From the IMG/VR virus record IMGVR_UViG_3300011114_000773, positions 32,001 through 96,000 of that record: DNA of 64,000 nucleotides; one strand, given 5' to 3'. Source of the DNA: a virus. Of the stretch, positions 9,771-19,330 are shown one piece after another (the first letter of the stretch is position 1; every line of letters begins with the position of its first letter). The notes beneath the pieces were generated by a model. It saw nothing but the letters and a program-made list of their open reading frames with translations. It made no database searches and was not told the origin of the DNA. Position numbers and translations under genes: made by a program.

Positions 9771-10393
9771 AAGACTACTCACTCCATCAAAGGATAATTG
9801 ACATCAGCGTAAAGCATAAGCTCTCGCATTTATCATCATGCCTAACAGCGGTTGATATTATAAACGAGATATACGCTCAAAAAAAGATGGACGAAGTATT
9901 CGTTCTCTCTAGCGGTCATGCTGCGTTAGCTTTATATGTTGTTATCGAAAAGTATCAAGGACTAAACGCCGAGGCTCTCCTTGAAAAGCATGGAGTCCAC
10001 CCCGGATTTGATAAGGCGTCTGGAATCTACTGCTCTACTGGCAGTTTGGGATTAGGAATTACCGTATCCGTTGGATATGCGTTGTCTGATAGAAGCAAGA
10101 ATGTTTATTGCCTAATTAGCGATGGCGAGTCTTTTGAAGGAAGCGTATGGGAGAGCCTAAGCTTTATAGACAATAATAAGTTAGAGAATATGAAGATTTA
10201 CGCCAATATAAATGGATATTCTGCTTATGATGCAGTAGATTGCGACAAGTTAGTTAGAAAGCTGAGAGCATTTTTACCGACAGTGAACGTCCGTCTTACT
10301 GATGTCAGAGAATATCCGACGCTAGCTGGAATCGGCGGACATTATCTCGTCCTTAAAGAACATCCACTTACAGATGATATTGGAGTATTATGA
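9767..10393 (+). CDS. Transketolase-like ThDP enzyme, N-terminal (PP-binding) subunit
   Basis: SHLSSCL, LSSGHA, STGSLGLG, ThDP motif SDGESFEGSVWE...N. Confidence 0.9.
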   Translation: MKDYSLHQRIIDISVKHKLSHLSSCLTAVDIINEIYAQKKMDEVFVLSSGHAALALYVVIEKYQGLNAEALLEKHGVHPGFDKASGIYCSTGSLGLGITVSVGYALSDRSKNVYCLISDGESFEGSVWESLSFIDNNKLENMKIYANINGYSAYDAVDCDKLVRKLRAFLPTVNVRLTDVREYPTLAGIGGHYLVLKEHPLTDDIGVL

Positions 10394-10866
10394 GAAGAGT
10401 ATTCGCAGAACTTACAGAGAATTTAATGAGTCAAAGTCACAACGTCTTTTTGTTGACTGGGGACTTAGGATATGGTATTTGGGATAGCGCCAGACTGAAC
10501 CATCCAGATAGAGCTATTAATGTTGGCGCGGCTGAACAATTACTAGTCGGTGCTGGTGTCGGTATCGCTCTAACCGGGAAAATAGCTATTTGCTATTCGA
10601 TAACTCCATTTTTATTATATAGACCTTTTGAGATAATTAGAAACTATATAGACCACGAAAAAATCCCAGTTAAGCTAGTAGGCTCAGGGCGCGGAAAAGA
10701 TTATTCGCATGATGGCTTTTCTCACTGGGCAGAAGATGATGAGGCTATTATGAGCAACTTTAAAAATATCTCAGTATGGCACCCTAAAACTACCGACGAG
10801 CTACGGCAAAACTTTTTGTACTATATGTCCTCCGTGAACCCTTGCTATATTAATCTGAAACGCTGA
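10390..10866 (+). CDS. Transketolase-like ThDP enzyme, pyrimidine-binding subunit (no C-terminal domain)
   Basis: TGDLG, INVGAAEQ, GFSHW, PCYI motifs; only 158 aa. Confidence 0.9.
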   Translation: MRRVFAELTENLMSQSHNVFLLTGDLGYGIWDSARLNHPDRAINVGAAEQLLVGAGVGIALTGKIAICYSITPFLLYRPFEIIRNYIDHEKIPVKLVGSGRGKDYSHDGFSHWAEDDEAIMSNFKNISVWHPKTTDELRQNFLYYMSSVNPCYINLKR

Positions 10867-10867
10867 T

Positions 10868-11551
10868 ATGAAATTTCTTGTTTTTTCGTTCTACGACTCT
10901 GGCAGTCACGAAGGTTGCCCATTTAGTGAGTTAGCTAAATTGACCCAGCCTTCAAAGGAATTATATTCTCTAAGACACGGCTATGATTTTTATTGCAAAA
11001 CAGATAATTTCGCCGCAGATAGGGCTATCGGATGGGCTAAGATAGACATCATCAACGACAAGCTCCCGAATTATGACTGGATAATTTACATTGAGTGTGA
11101 TGCAATGATAATGAATCAAACTATCAGACTTGAGAATCTAATAGATAATAACTATGACGTAATTATTTCTGACAGCAAATACAAGCATCATTTTCAAGGA
11201 GTAAACTCTGGAGTCATGCTCATCAAGTCCTCTAGCTGGAGTAGAGAGTTCTTTAAAAGGCTGTGGCTTAAAGAGCACTACTTCAGAGGTAACTGGTGGG
11301 AACAGGGCGCTCTAATCGAGGAAATAAGAGATAGCCCAGAAGTACGAAACCACGTCAAGTTAGTCAATAACAGATTCTTTAATAGCTACTACCACTGGGG
11401 CACGCCGGATGAGAACTTTGTCGTCGGCGACTTTATTTGCCATTCGGCAGGTACAAGTAACGAATCGAGAGAAGCCCTTTTTACAGAGCTTCAGAGAAAG
11501 CAGATAGTAATTCCAGAAGATACCCGTATAACTACACCGTTCTTCCCATAA
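10868..11551 (+). CDS. Glycosyltransferase, GT34 (GMA12/MNN10-like)
   Basis: RHGYDF, WAKI, WIIYIECDA, NSGVML, WEQGAL, GDFICH motifs. Confidence 0.8.
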   Translation: MKFLVFSFYDSGSHEGCPFSELAKLTQPSKELYSLRHGYDFYCKTDNFAADRAIGWAKIDIINDKLPNYDWIIYIECDAMIMNQTIRLENLIDNNYDVIISDSKYKHHFQGVNSGVMLIKSSSWSREFFKRLWLKEHYFRGNWWEQGALIEEIRDSPEVRNHVKLVNNRFFNSYYHWGTPDENFVVGDFICHSAGTSNESREALFTELQRKQIVIPEDTRITTPFFP

Positions 11552-11552
11552 T

Positions 11553-12107
11553 ATGAACATATATGAAATAGGAGTTGGAAACCCGTCAATCAGCAGGACT
11601 CTAGGCAACTATACAGATAGTCTGTATCTTTTCGAGGCGAATCCATTAATTTATGCTGAGTTAGCTAAGGCTTTTTCTAATAAGAAGAATTGCCGCATCT
11701 TTAATTTATGTATATGCGGGTACGACGGTCAAATAGAGTTCTGCTCGAATGGCGACTCTTCCTACGTGCATGGAGTAGCATCTCCAGCAGAAATGACCGG
11801 TAGCGAAGAATATCTTAAATCATTTAAGAAGATAACCGTGGACTGTAAAACTATAAAAAGCTTTGAGGCTATGGCTCCGATAGATATCCTACTATTGGAC
11901 ATGGAAGGCTCGGAATATCAAGTTCTTCTTGATATGGTGAGCAGGCCGCGAGAAATAACAATAGAGATGCAGAATCACAATAAAACATATATAAACCCCC
12001 ATTTTGATGATATACTATCTTGGATGGAAAAGAACGAGTACATCTTGAAAAGCAAAAATAGTAACGAAGAGGATTGGACTTTTTCAAGTCATAACATACG
12101 TAAATGA
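11553..12107 (+). CDS. FkbM-family methyltransferase
   Basis: EIGVG, LFEANP, IDILLLDMEGSE motifs. Confidence 0.8.
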   Translation: MNIYEIGVGNPSISRTLGNYTDSLYLFEANPLIYAELAKAFSNKKNCRIFNLCICGYDGQIEFCSNGDSSYVHGVASPAEMTGSEEYLKSFKKITVDCKTIKSFEAMAPIDILLLDMEGSEYQVLLDMVSRPREITIEMQNHNKTYINPHFDDILSWMEKNEYILKSKNSNEEDWTFSSHNIRK

Positions 12108-12730
12108 AAACACAAACACATAAAGATGTCCCCGGATGGTTCGACTTCGAGAATATCTACAATTTCGCCGTAAACAGCTCGAAGAGCGGAGATACGCTCG
12201 TAGAGGTAGGTTCTTTTCTCGGAAAGAGCGCCTGCTATATGATGGAGAAGATAGGCGAGGGCGGCAAAGAGCTTAAGTTTTACTGCGTCGATTTATTTAC
12301 AATAACTCCAGACGAAGGGGACGGAGCGATGCCTTGGGGAGAGAATGCAAAAACATGGCAGGCCGCGAACGGAGGAGTTGACGCACTGTACCTGTCTTTC
12401 TTGAAGAATATATCGGGCAACACCCCATCAAATCTCACTGGTCACTTTCGAGAGGATTCCTCCAGTTCAGCGGCGCATTTTGAAGACAACTCTGTACATT
12501 TTTGTTTTATAGATGCAAGCCATTTATACGAAAATGTCAAGAGGGACTTGGTCGCTTGGTATCCCAAGATAAAACCCGGTGGCTTCTTGGCTGGACACGA
12601 TTTTGGTAATGGGACAAACGGAGTAGGAATAGCTGTGAAAGAATTTTGCTCCGAGAGAAGGCTTGAGTTTAGAAATGACTATTCATTTATCTTTCAGAAG
12701 CCATTCTCAGACGCTATAGCTGTCAATTGA
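12104..12730 (+). CDS. Class I SAM methyltransferase (Methyltransf_24-like)
   Basis: VEVGSFLGKS, FIDASHLYE, KPGGFLAGHD motifs. Confidence 0.88.
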   Translation: MKTQTHKDVPGWFDFENIYNFAVNSSKSGDTLVEVGSFLGKSACYMMEKIGEGGKELKFYCVDLFTITPDEGDGAMPWGENAKTWQAANGGVDALYLSFLKNISGNTPSNLTGHFREDSSSSAAHFEDNSVHFCFIDASHLYENVKRDLVAWYPKIKPGGFLAGHDFGNGTNGVGIAVKEFCSERRLEFRNDYSFIFQKPFSDAIAVN

Positions 12731-12733
12731 TAG

Positions 12734-13801
12734 ATGAAAACCGTCTTTATAACAGGTGTGACTGGTCAAGATGGATATTACCTAGCGGAGTATCTAACCA
12801 AATACTTCCCAGAGCATAAGGTCATAGGATTCACAAGAAGCCGCCTAACTAGTAGCCAGCAGGGGCTTCTACTGGACCAATTCGGCGAGAAATTCACAGT
12901 TCAACATCTCGATATAAGAGACGGTTTGGCTATGAAGTATTTTTTTAAGCACTATCGTCCAGACTATTTTGTTAATTTCGCAGCAAGTACTAACCCATCA
13001 GCTAGTTGGAGGAATGCCTCAGAAGTCTTTGAGTGTAACGTAGATTCTGTCGCTAGAATACTAGAGCGCATTCACTTGTCTCGCCCATCGTGCAGATTCT
13101 TCTCTGCGGGTTCGAGTTTAGAGTTGGGAGACGCTATATCTAATGAAATTAAAACGCCATACGCACTTTCAAAATCTACAGCGGGAAAACTTGTCTCTAT
13201 GTTCAGAGATGAGTATGGGATTTTTGCCACGCACGGAATTCTTTTTAATCATACGAGTCCTAGGTCAAAAGAGAACTTCTCTGTTTGTAAGATAACGAAG
13301 GGCGCGGCAAGAATATTCTTATCCATGAAGACCTTGTCTGAATTCGAGCCGATAGTATTGGACGGAGACATTTATAATTATATAGACTGGTCTGATAGCA
13401 GGGAAATCGTCCGTGGAGTGTGGGACGCTCTCCAACAAAAAAAGCCGCTAGATTCTCCTCATTTTTGCAGTGGAATTAGGAGACAGCTATCAACTATTAT
13501 TTTTAGCGCGTTCTATTCACTTGGAATCGTCGGTGAATGGCGAGCGGATGGATTGTATCTCCCCGATTCGCTGGTTAAGGGGATGTCGGTTAAGTCTAAC
13601 TGCCTAGTAAGGATAAATCCCAGCAACCAGCATACACTAGCCGATAACCCCTATGGGGATGTCAAAAAGATGTCTGACATCGGATGGAAAATCCAGATTC
13701 CATTTGACACAACCATAAGGAATATGGTAGAGTACTACCTCACTGAAAACAAGAAAGCCATCAATATACGTCCCGATAATAAAGAAGTTCCTATCGGATG
13801 A
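12734..13801 (+). CDS. gmd: GDP-mannose 4,6-dehydratase-like
   Basis: FITGVTGQDGYYLAE, PYALSK, GILFNHTSPR, KIT motifs. Confidence 0.82.
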   Translation: MKTVFITGVTGQDGYYLAEYLTKYFPEHKVIGFTRSRLTSSQQGLLLDQFGEKFTVQHLDIRDGLAMKYFFKHYRPDYFVNFAASTNPSASWRNASEVFECNVDSVARILERIHLSRPSCRFFSAGSSLELGDAISNEIKTPYALSKSTAGKLVSMFRDEYGIFATHGILFNHTSPRSKENFSVCKITKGAARIFLSMKTLSEFEPIVLDGDIYNYIDWSDSREIVRGVWDALQQKKPLDSPHFCSGIRRQLSTIIFSAFYSLGIVGEWRADGLYLPDSLVKGMSVKSNCLVRINPSNQHTLADNPYGDVKKMSDIGWKIQIPFDTTIRNMVEYYLTENKKAINIRPDNKEVPIG

Positions 13802-13811
13802 CAAGACGCGC

Positions 13812-14135
13812 TTGTTCTGCGGCGCTGATTGGGGTCGAGAAACCAAAGCGTGCAAAGACATGCTCGCGGAGAATTCTCTTACTCCAGAAGACGCCTTATT
13901 GATGGCCAAACCGACGTTCTCAATAAATTCTCTTAATTTTTTTAAGACAGCGAACGGTAAAAAATATGTCCTAGAGTGGCGAAGTAAGCAGTCGAAAAGC
14001 GAGCAACTATCGAATCAGTTAGCGTCCCGATGCGTCGAAGAGTATCCGCTTGATGAAGAGCCGGTAAAGACGAACGTCTCTCTTCGACCCAAGACGGTAA
14101 TGCAATTCGTTAATTATGGCAAAGAAAACCACTGA
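13812..14135 (+). CDS. Hypothetical protein (start uncertain)
   Basis: Fills the gap between gmd and recA; the frame stays open upstream to about 13731 without an ATG. Confidence 0.5.
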   Translation: MFCGADWGRETKACKDMLAENSLTPEDALLMAKPTFSINSLNFFKTANGKKYVLEWRSKQSKSEQLSNQLASRCVEEYPLDEEPVKTNVSLRPKTVMQFVNYGKENH

Positions 14136-15216
14136 ACCAGTAGAGCAAATCACCTCGCAAAGTCAAATTGACGCCTTTTTAAAGGACAACTCTGACTATC
14201 ACTTTAATTTTAAACCAGCAGCGAATTACAAGATTCCGGGCGGCTCTTTGAAGTTGAATATAGAAATGGGAGGCGGTCTTCGCCCCGGTGTGACGAGATT
14301 CTCTGGAATTACAGAAGGCGGAAAAACTAGCTGCGCTCTTAGTTTCGCTAAAAATTTCCAAGAGCTAGTTCCTAACGGACACGTAGTGTATTTTAAATCA
14401 GAAGGCAGACTCTCGGACGAGATGCTGACAAGAAGCGGGATGAATCTCTCTCCCGAGAAGTTCAGAGTTATTAAGACCAACATCTATGAGGTGGTAGGCC
14501 AATTAATAATTCAACTTATTAATAACAACCCCGGAGATGTCAAATACTTTTTCGTTATCGACTCGATGGATTCTTTGAATCCCCAAGACGACGTTAATAA
14601 GGTGTTCGGGACGGCTGGAAGAGTGGCTGGAACGTCAGCTTTAACGGCGGACTTCTTAAAGAAAATGTCTCTTCCGATTGCCGAACTAGGACATATTTGC
14701 GTAATGATTTCGCAGATACGAACTAAGCTTCAATTAGATAAATATGCCCCGAAAGAGCATCAAACCACTAATGCGTCTGGTGGACATGCCCCGCTTCACT
14801 ATAGCGACTGGATTCTCGAATTTCAACACCACGACAACAAGGACGATAAGATTTTAGCCTCAGATGCCTCCCAGAAAATAATTGGGCATTGGTGCGGTAT
14901 CGTGTTTCGCAAGTCGATGAACGAAAAAACCGGAACTGAGGTTCGTTATCCAATTAAATATGGTAGGACTAATGGTTCTTCAGTATGGGTTGAGCGCGAA
15001 ATAGTTGACCTAATGATAATGTTCGAGTTGATTAAGAAGAAATCTTCTTGGCTGTCTGTCGATGAGAGCATCCTGACAGAGCTTAAAACCGCCGGTTTAG
15101 AGTGTGTAGATAAACTCCAAGGTGTTGACAACTTTTATCAATATTTCGAGGACAATCCAGCTTTGACAGAGTATTTTAAACGCAAATTCCAAGAGACTCT
15201 CCAGAAGACTCTGTAG
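14116..15216 (+). CDS. recA: RecA/UvsX-like recombinase
   Basis: LNIEMGGGL, Walker A GITEGGKT, KSEGR, Walker B VIDSM, ISQIR, SGGHAPLHYSD. Confidence 0.9.
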   Translation: MAKKTTEPVEQITSQSQIDAFLKDNSDYHFNFKPAANYKIPGGSLKLNIEMGGGLRPGVTRFSGITEGGKTSCALSFAKNFQELVPNGHVVYFKSEGRLSDEMLTRSGMNLSPEKFRVIKTNIYEVVGQLIIQLINNNPGDVKYFFVIDSMDSLNPQDDVNKVFGTAGRVAGTSALTADFLKKMSLPIAELGHICVMISQIRTKLQLDKYAPKEHQTTNASGGHAPLHYSDWILEFQHHDNKDDKILASDASQKIIGHWCGIVFRKSMNEKTGTEVRYPIKYGRTNGSSVWVEREIVDLMIMFELIKKKSSWLSVDESILTELKTAGLECVDKLQGVDNFYQYFEDNPALTEYFKRKFQETLQKTL

Positions 15217-15222
15217 AATAAG

Positions 15223-16128
15223 CTATTGTATTTTCTTAAGTATCTCTAGTTTCCTAGGTAAAAACATATCGTAAATTTCGTTTTGGGCGTATAAATAATC
15301 TCTAATTCTTTTTACCTGTTTATTACCATCGCAGGAAATTTCCATATACTTCTTACCGGGCCTTCTGTACGTATAAAAATTAACACCGCACTTGTCTTCG
15401 ATTTCTCCTTTTATACCCAATAGGACTGCAACATTTCCTACAAATGAGACTCCTGCCTGATTGTTATGTCTCCTTATCTTAACGCACCCATCGCCCTCGA
15501 AGTATCCCCTGATAAAAAAGCGTACCAGATTGCTTCGTATATTAGGATACAGAGCCAAGAATGTTTTCTTTTCAATACATCCATGCTTTTTTAAGTCGTT
15601 TGCCATTTTTCTACTATTGACGCACACCGAGAATATATCTTTGTGTGAAGTCTGGTATCTTAGCACCTCTCCCTCAAAGTTAATTGCCTTTTTAAACTTC
15701 GCCAAGACTTCCTCGTCAATCAGAGCCAGTTTAACCCTTCTTCCGCTTATATTTCCGTCAGACATCATCCATCCAAACCAGTAAGCCTTTTCAGCAGTGT
15801 CAATTTCTTCAAAAAAATCGTGATTTACTTTAAACTTTTTTCTAGCTGTACTAAGGCCCATCTCTCGTAAAAAGGCTATCATTGTCGGCAAACTCACGCC
15901 GTATTCTAAGGCAAGCGTCGAAGAGTTCTTGCAATCAATGTATTTCTTTTTTATTTCGTCCTCAAGCCCTTTTAGGATTTTACCTTTACGGAACCCGACT
16001 TTCTCCGATATTAGTCTGCTACGAATCGGGCATGGAGATACATCGTGCTTTTCAGCTATCTGTCTTATCGTCAGCCCCGAAAGATAGTCGTTTTTAATTT
16101 GCTCTATATCAAGTTTAAGAGAATTCAT
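15223..16128 (-). mobile_element. Free-standing LAGLIDADG homing endonuclease with N-terminal HTH repeats
   Basis: Two LAGLIDADG-like helices (YWFGWMMSDG, FIRGYFEGDG) and FFEEIDTAEKAY; inserted antisense in the replication operon; ATG at 16128 preferred to GTG at 16149. Confidence 0.88.
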
Positions 16129-16189
16129 ATCGTCTAAAATATGATACACTTCGTCTTATCTTCTCGTAAAACTAAAAGTAATATACTAT

Positions 16190-16603
16190 ATGCGTCTGTA
16201 TAACGTCAATGGCAAGTTAGTCAGCAAAAATGTGTCAAAATACCTAATAAAGTGGGACGCGCCCAGCCGGTCAAAGATACAGTTTAGAGTGAAGCAGTTC
16301 TTCAAGCCATATTGGACTGGTCAGATAGTTTATGAGGAGTACCCAGTCTTCGGGAGTTTATTGAAAGTAGATATACTCAACGCTACCCGAAAAATCGCAA
16401 TAGAAGTCCACGGGGCACAGCACGAACACCATAACCCATTTTTTCATCCCACAAAGCAGGACTTTTTAAGTTCCGTGGTTAGGGACTTAAAAAAGCACGA
16501 ATGGCTTAGTATGAATAACTTTAAAATTATTGAAATCTACGAGCATGAGATAAAATTGGTGTCTAAAACCTTTATCAAAGAAAAATTCGGACTGGACCTC
16601 TAA
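16190..16603 (+). CDS. Vsr/DUF559-like PD-(D/E)xK endonuclease
   Basis: EEYPV, VDI...IAIEVHGAQH, RDLKK motifs. Confidence 0.75.
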   Translation: MRLYNVNGKLVSKNVSKYLIKWDAPSRSKIQFRVKQFFKPYWTGQIVYEEYPVFGSLLKVDILNATRKIAIEVHGAQHEHHNPFFHPTKQDFLSSVVRDLKKHEWLSMNNFKIIEIYEHEIKLVSKTFIKEKFGLDL

Positions 16604-16619
16604 TAGTGTATATACCAGC

Positions 16620-16871
16620 ATGGAACAACCTCGACAAATTCCCGAGAGCTTTATATCCACGCTCAATGAGCACACTACTGGAGGATATTTAATTTGCTAT
16701 TTCGATTTGAATGGTTGCCCGCGAATGCAGTGCGAATTTGATAATGTCGCGTATTCGCTCGCCGCACAGAAATATCTAAGTAATTGGCTTGAGGCTATTT
16801 CCGCTTCCCAGCAGAATGTAATGATGGACGCCTTAGATGGCACCATTCAGGAAGACGGGGAAGAAGAATAA
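16620..16871 (+). CDS. Hypothetical protein (acidic C-terminus)
   Basis: Clean ORF preceded by GTGTATAT (16606-16613). Confidence 0.65.
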   Translation: MEQPRQIPESFISTLNEHTTGGYLICYFDLNGCPRMQCEFDNVAYSLAAQKYLSNWLEAISASQQNVMMDALDGTIQEDGEEE

Positions 16872-16875
16872 TTTC

Positions 16876-16904
16876 TTGACATTTATCCCTTCGTCTGGTA
16901 AAAT
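16876..16904 (+). promoter_or_regulatory. Sigma70-type promoter of dnaB (near-leaderless)
   Basis: TTGACA-17-TAAAAT; ATG 9 nt after the -10 box. Confidence 0.75.
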
Positions 16905-16913
16905 TAGCTCGCA

Positions 16914-18419
16914 ATGAGCAAACTTTACTCTATAGAGTCCGAACGAGCACTGCTTGGCGGAATTCTAAATAAACCCATCACTTTCCCCGACATAGATGGT
17001 TCTCTGAAAGAGACAGACTTCTTCTCCCGCGAGCACGGCACAATCTATGCGTGCATGAGACAGATTCTTTCTGAAAAAAAAGAGCTGACAGTCACTTCCT
17101 TGACAACAAGGGTCAAGAGTCTCGGCCTCAAATTTAATGGTGTCCTCGATATCGAGGAGTATATCGAATCTGTCAGCCTCCACTCCTTAAATGATAAGGC
17201 TATTTTAGAAACTGCTGGAGAGATAGTCAAACTCCGAGCGTTCAGGGGTATGGAGTCATCGGCAAAAGAAATCTGCCGCTTTTTAGAGAAAAATACATCA
17301 GCGACTCTTAGCCACGCAGTCTCCTCGGTAGATAGCCTAATGGCAGAAACGGTCAATGGGTTTATCGTCGATGACATTCCTGTTAATATTTTTGACGAGT
17401 TAAGCAAGGAAGTAGTTATCCTCGGGAACTCTCCGACAGAAGGAACCGGCCTTAAGACTCCGTATCCTAGTTTCAACAAACTGTTCGGAGAACTGCGTGG
17501 AGGAAACGTATATGGAATAGCATCGCGACCCGGACAAGGAAAGACTACATTCTTATGCGATATGGCCCTCGGAGTCGCTAGGGAAAACAATGTTCCGACC
17601 CTTTTCCTTGATACAGAAATGACTACGAAGGAAATCCGACTACGAATGGCCGCATCAATCGTCGGGATACCCCTGTGGTACGTGGAGACTGGGAACTGGA
17701 ATAAGAACGCAGACCTCCGGGCAAAAATGAATGCTGGACTTGCTAAGATTGATTCGGAGATGAAGTCTCTCAAATTTTTTCATTTTCATGTAGGCAATAA
17801 GACAATCGTAGAGGTCTTGACCATTATCCGAAGATGGTATTGGAGCGTTGTTGGTCGTGGAAATAAATGCTTGGTAGTCTATGACTATTTGAAACTAACT
17901 GGCGAAAAGGTCGGGGCAAATTGGGCGGAATATCAAGCGATTGGCGAAAAAACCAATCAGCTTAAAGCGATTTCTGTTGAAATTGATAATCCCGTATTTA
18001 CTGCTATTCAAATTAATCGCTCTGGAGAAAGCTCTGGCCGTCAAGCAAAAGAAGTAACGGATGACTCCAGTGTCATCGCTCAGTCTGACCGCGTATTGTG
18101 GTTCGTTACATTTTTAGCTATTTTTAGAAGAAAAACTTCTGACGAGCTAGCCCTAGACGGAAAAGATTTTGGCTCTCATAAGCTTATTGATTTGAAGACG
18201 CGCTATCAGGGTAAGGAAGCGGCTGGACATCAGAACCTAGTTGAGAGGCAGCAGCAAGACGGAAGCTCGACGTTCGAGCCAAACTATATCAGTTTTAATA
18301 TCGAAAATTTTAGAGTCACCGAAACTGGAACACTCAAAGACATCATCGCCAAGGGAGGCCCAATGCAGGTGTCCTTTAAGAAAGAAGACGACGAGTCCGG
18401 CGAAGCCCCATTTAAATGA
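16914..18419 (+). CDS. dnaB: Replicative DNA helicase
   Basis: SERALLGGIL N-domain, ASRPGQGKT, DTEM, VYDYLK, IQINR, KTRY motifs. Confidence 0.93.
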   Translation: MSKLYSIESERALLGGILNKPITFPDIDGSLKETDFFSREHGTIYACMRQILSEKKELTVTSLTTRVKSLGLKFNGVLDIEEYIESVSLHSLNDKAILETAGEIVKLRAFRGMESSAKEICRFLEKNTSATLSHAVSSVDSLMAETVNGFIVDDIPVNIFDELSKEVVILGNSPTEGTGLKTPYPSFNKLFGELRGGNVYGIASRPGQGKTTFLCDMALGVARENNVPTLFLDTEMTTKEIRLRMAASIVGIPLWYVETGNWNKNADLRAKMNAGLAKIDSEMKSLKFFHFHVGNKTIVEVLTIIRRWYWSVVGRGNKCLVVYDYLKLTGEKVGANWAEYQAIGEKTNQLKAISVEIDNPVFTAIQINRSGESSGRQAKEVTDDSSVIAQSDRVLWFVTFLAIFRRKTSDELALDGKDFGSHKLIDLKTRYQGKEAAGHQNLVERQQQDGSSTFEPNYISFNIENFRVTETGTLKDIIAKGGPMQVSFKKEDDESGEAPFK

Positions 18420-19330
18420 GCGCAGAAACCTCTATAAAAGATATCCTAATTGAATTAGGGTTTACCGGAATAACTGATGCCGGAAAGAATTACAGATGCC
18501 GCCCAATTTATCGTGATTCAAGTTCTGCTACTGTCTGCTCTATACAGAAGCAGAACGGATTGTGGTATGATTTTCGAGAAAATCTTGGTGGAGACTTAAA
18601 GGATTTAGTCGCTTTATGCCTTAAAGTTAATAAAGAAGAAGCTCTTAAGTTCCTAGCTGATAAGAACTACGCCCCCACGGAGGTCGATGAGCGTGAGGAG
18701 CTACTATCCACAGTAAAAAAATATCCTATCGAATGGCTTAGTAACCTAGAGCAGTCAAACACATACTGGTTAGGAAGGGGTATATCAGGAGCTACTATAA
18801 ATAAATTTCGCGGAGGAGTCGCTACGACCGGGAGAATGTATCATAGATATGTATTTCCCATCTTTGACGAACGCGAAACTATCGTTGGATTCGCTGGAAG
18901 AGACTTGCTTAAGCTAGAGAATAGTCAGCGTCCAAAGTGGAAAATACTAGGTGAAAAACGCGAGTTCGCATATCCCTATTATCTGAATAAAGGAGCCATC
19001 TCTTCTTCTAAGTCGGTTATCCTAGTTGAAAGTATTGGCGACTGCCTTAGTCTTTATGAAAGCGGAATAGAAAATACTTTAGTGACCTTCGGTGTCTCTA
19101 TAAGTTCTGGAGTAATTAAAACCTTACTTAAGACTAGGCCCGAACAGATAGTAATTGCTCTAAATAACGATAGCTCAGGGAACTCAGCCGGAAATGAAGC
19201 AGCGCTAGAATTTAAAAAAGAACTCGGAAATTATTTTAACCCAGAAACGGTAAAGGTAAAACTTCCTGCGCAGAAAGATTTTGGTGATATGTCTCGTGAA
19301 GAAATCGCATTATGGAAAAATCAGATTTAA
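18416..19330 (+). CDS. dnaG: DNA primase (Toprim)
   Basis: RYVFPIFD, VGFAGR, PKWK, LVESIGD, ALNND...G, KDFGD motifs; follows dnaB. Confidence 0.88.
   Translation: MSAETSIKDILIELGFTGITDAGKNYRCRPIYRDSSSATVCSIQKQNGLWYDFRENLGGDLKDLVALCLKVNKEEALKFLADKNYAPTEVDEREELLSTVKKYPIEWLSNLEQSNTYWLGRGISGATINKFRGGVATTGRMYHRYVFPIFDERETIVGFAGRDLLKLENSQRPKWKILGEKREFAYPYYLNKGAISSSKSVILVESIGDCLSLYESGIENTLVTFGVSISSGVIKTLLKTRPEQIVIALNNDSSGNSAGNEAALEFKKELGNYFNPETVKVKLPAQKDFGDMSREEIALWKNQI

Noticed and set aside
3333-13801. Bacterial O-antigen/capsule locus, or a DNA hypermodification cluster
   Set aside because: Context is wholly phage and there is no wzx/wzy/ABC export. No hydroxymethylase or TET/JBP gene is seen in the window, so DNA modification is unsupported, though not excluded.
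17045-17773. 242-aa minus-strand ORF
   Set aside because: Antisense shadow of dnaB.
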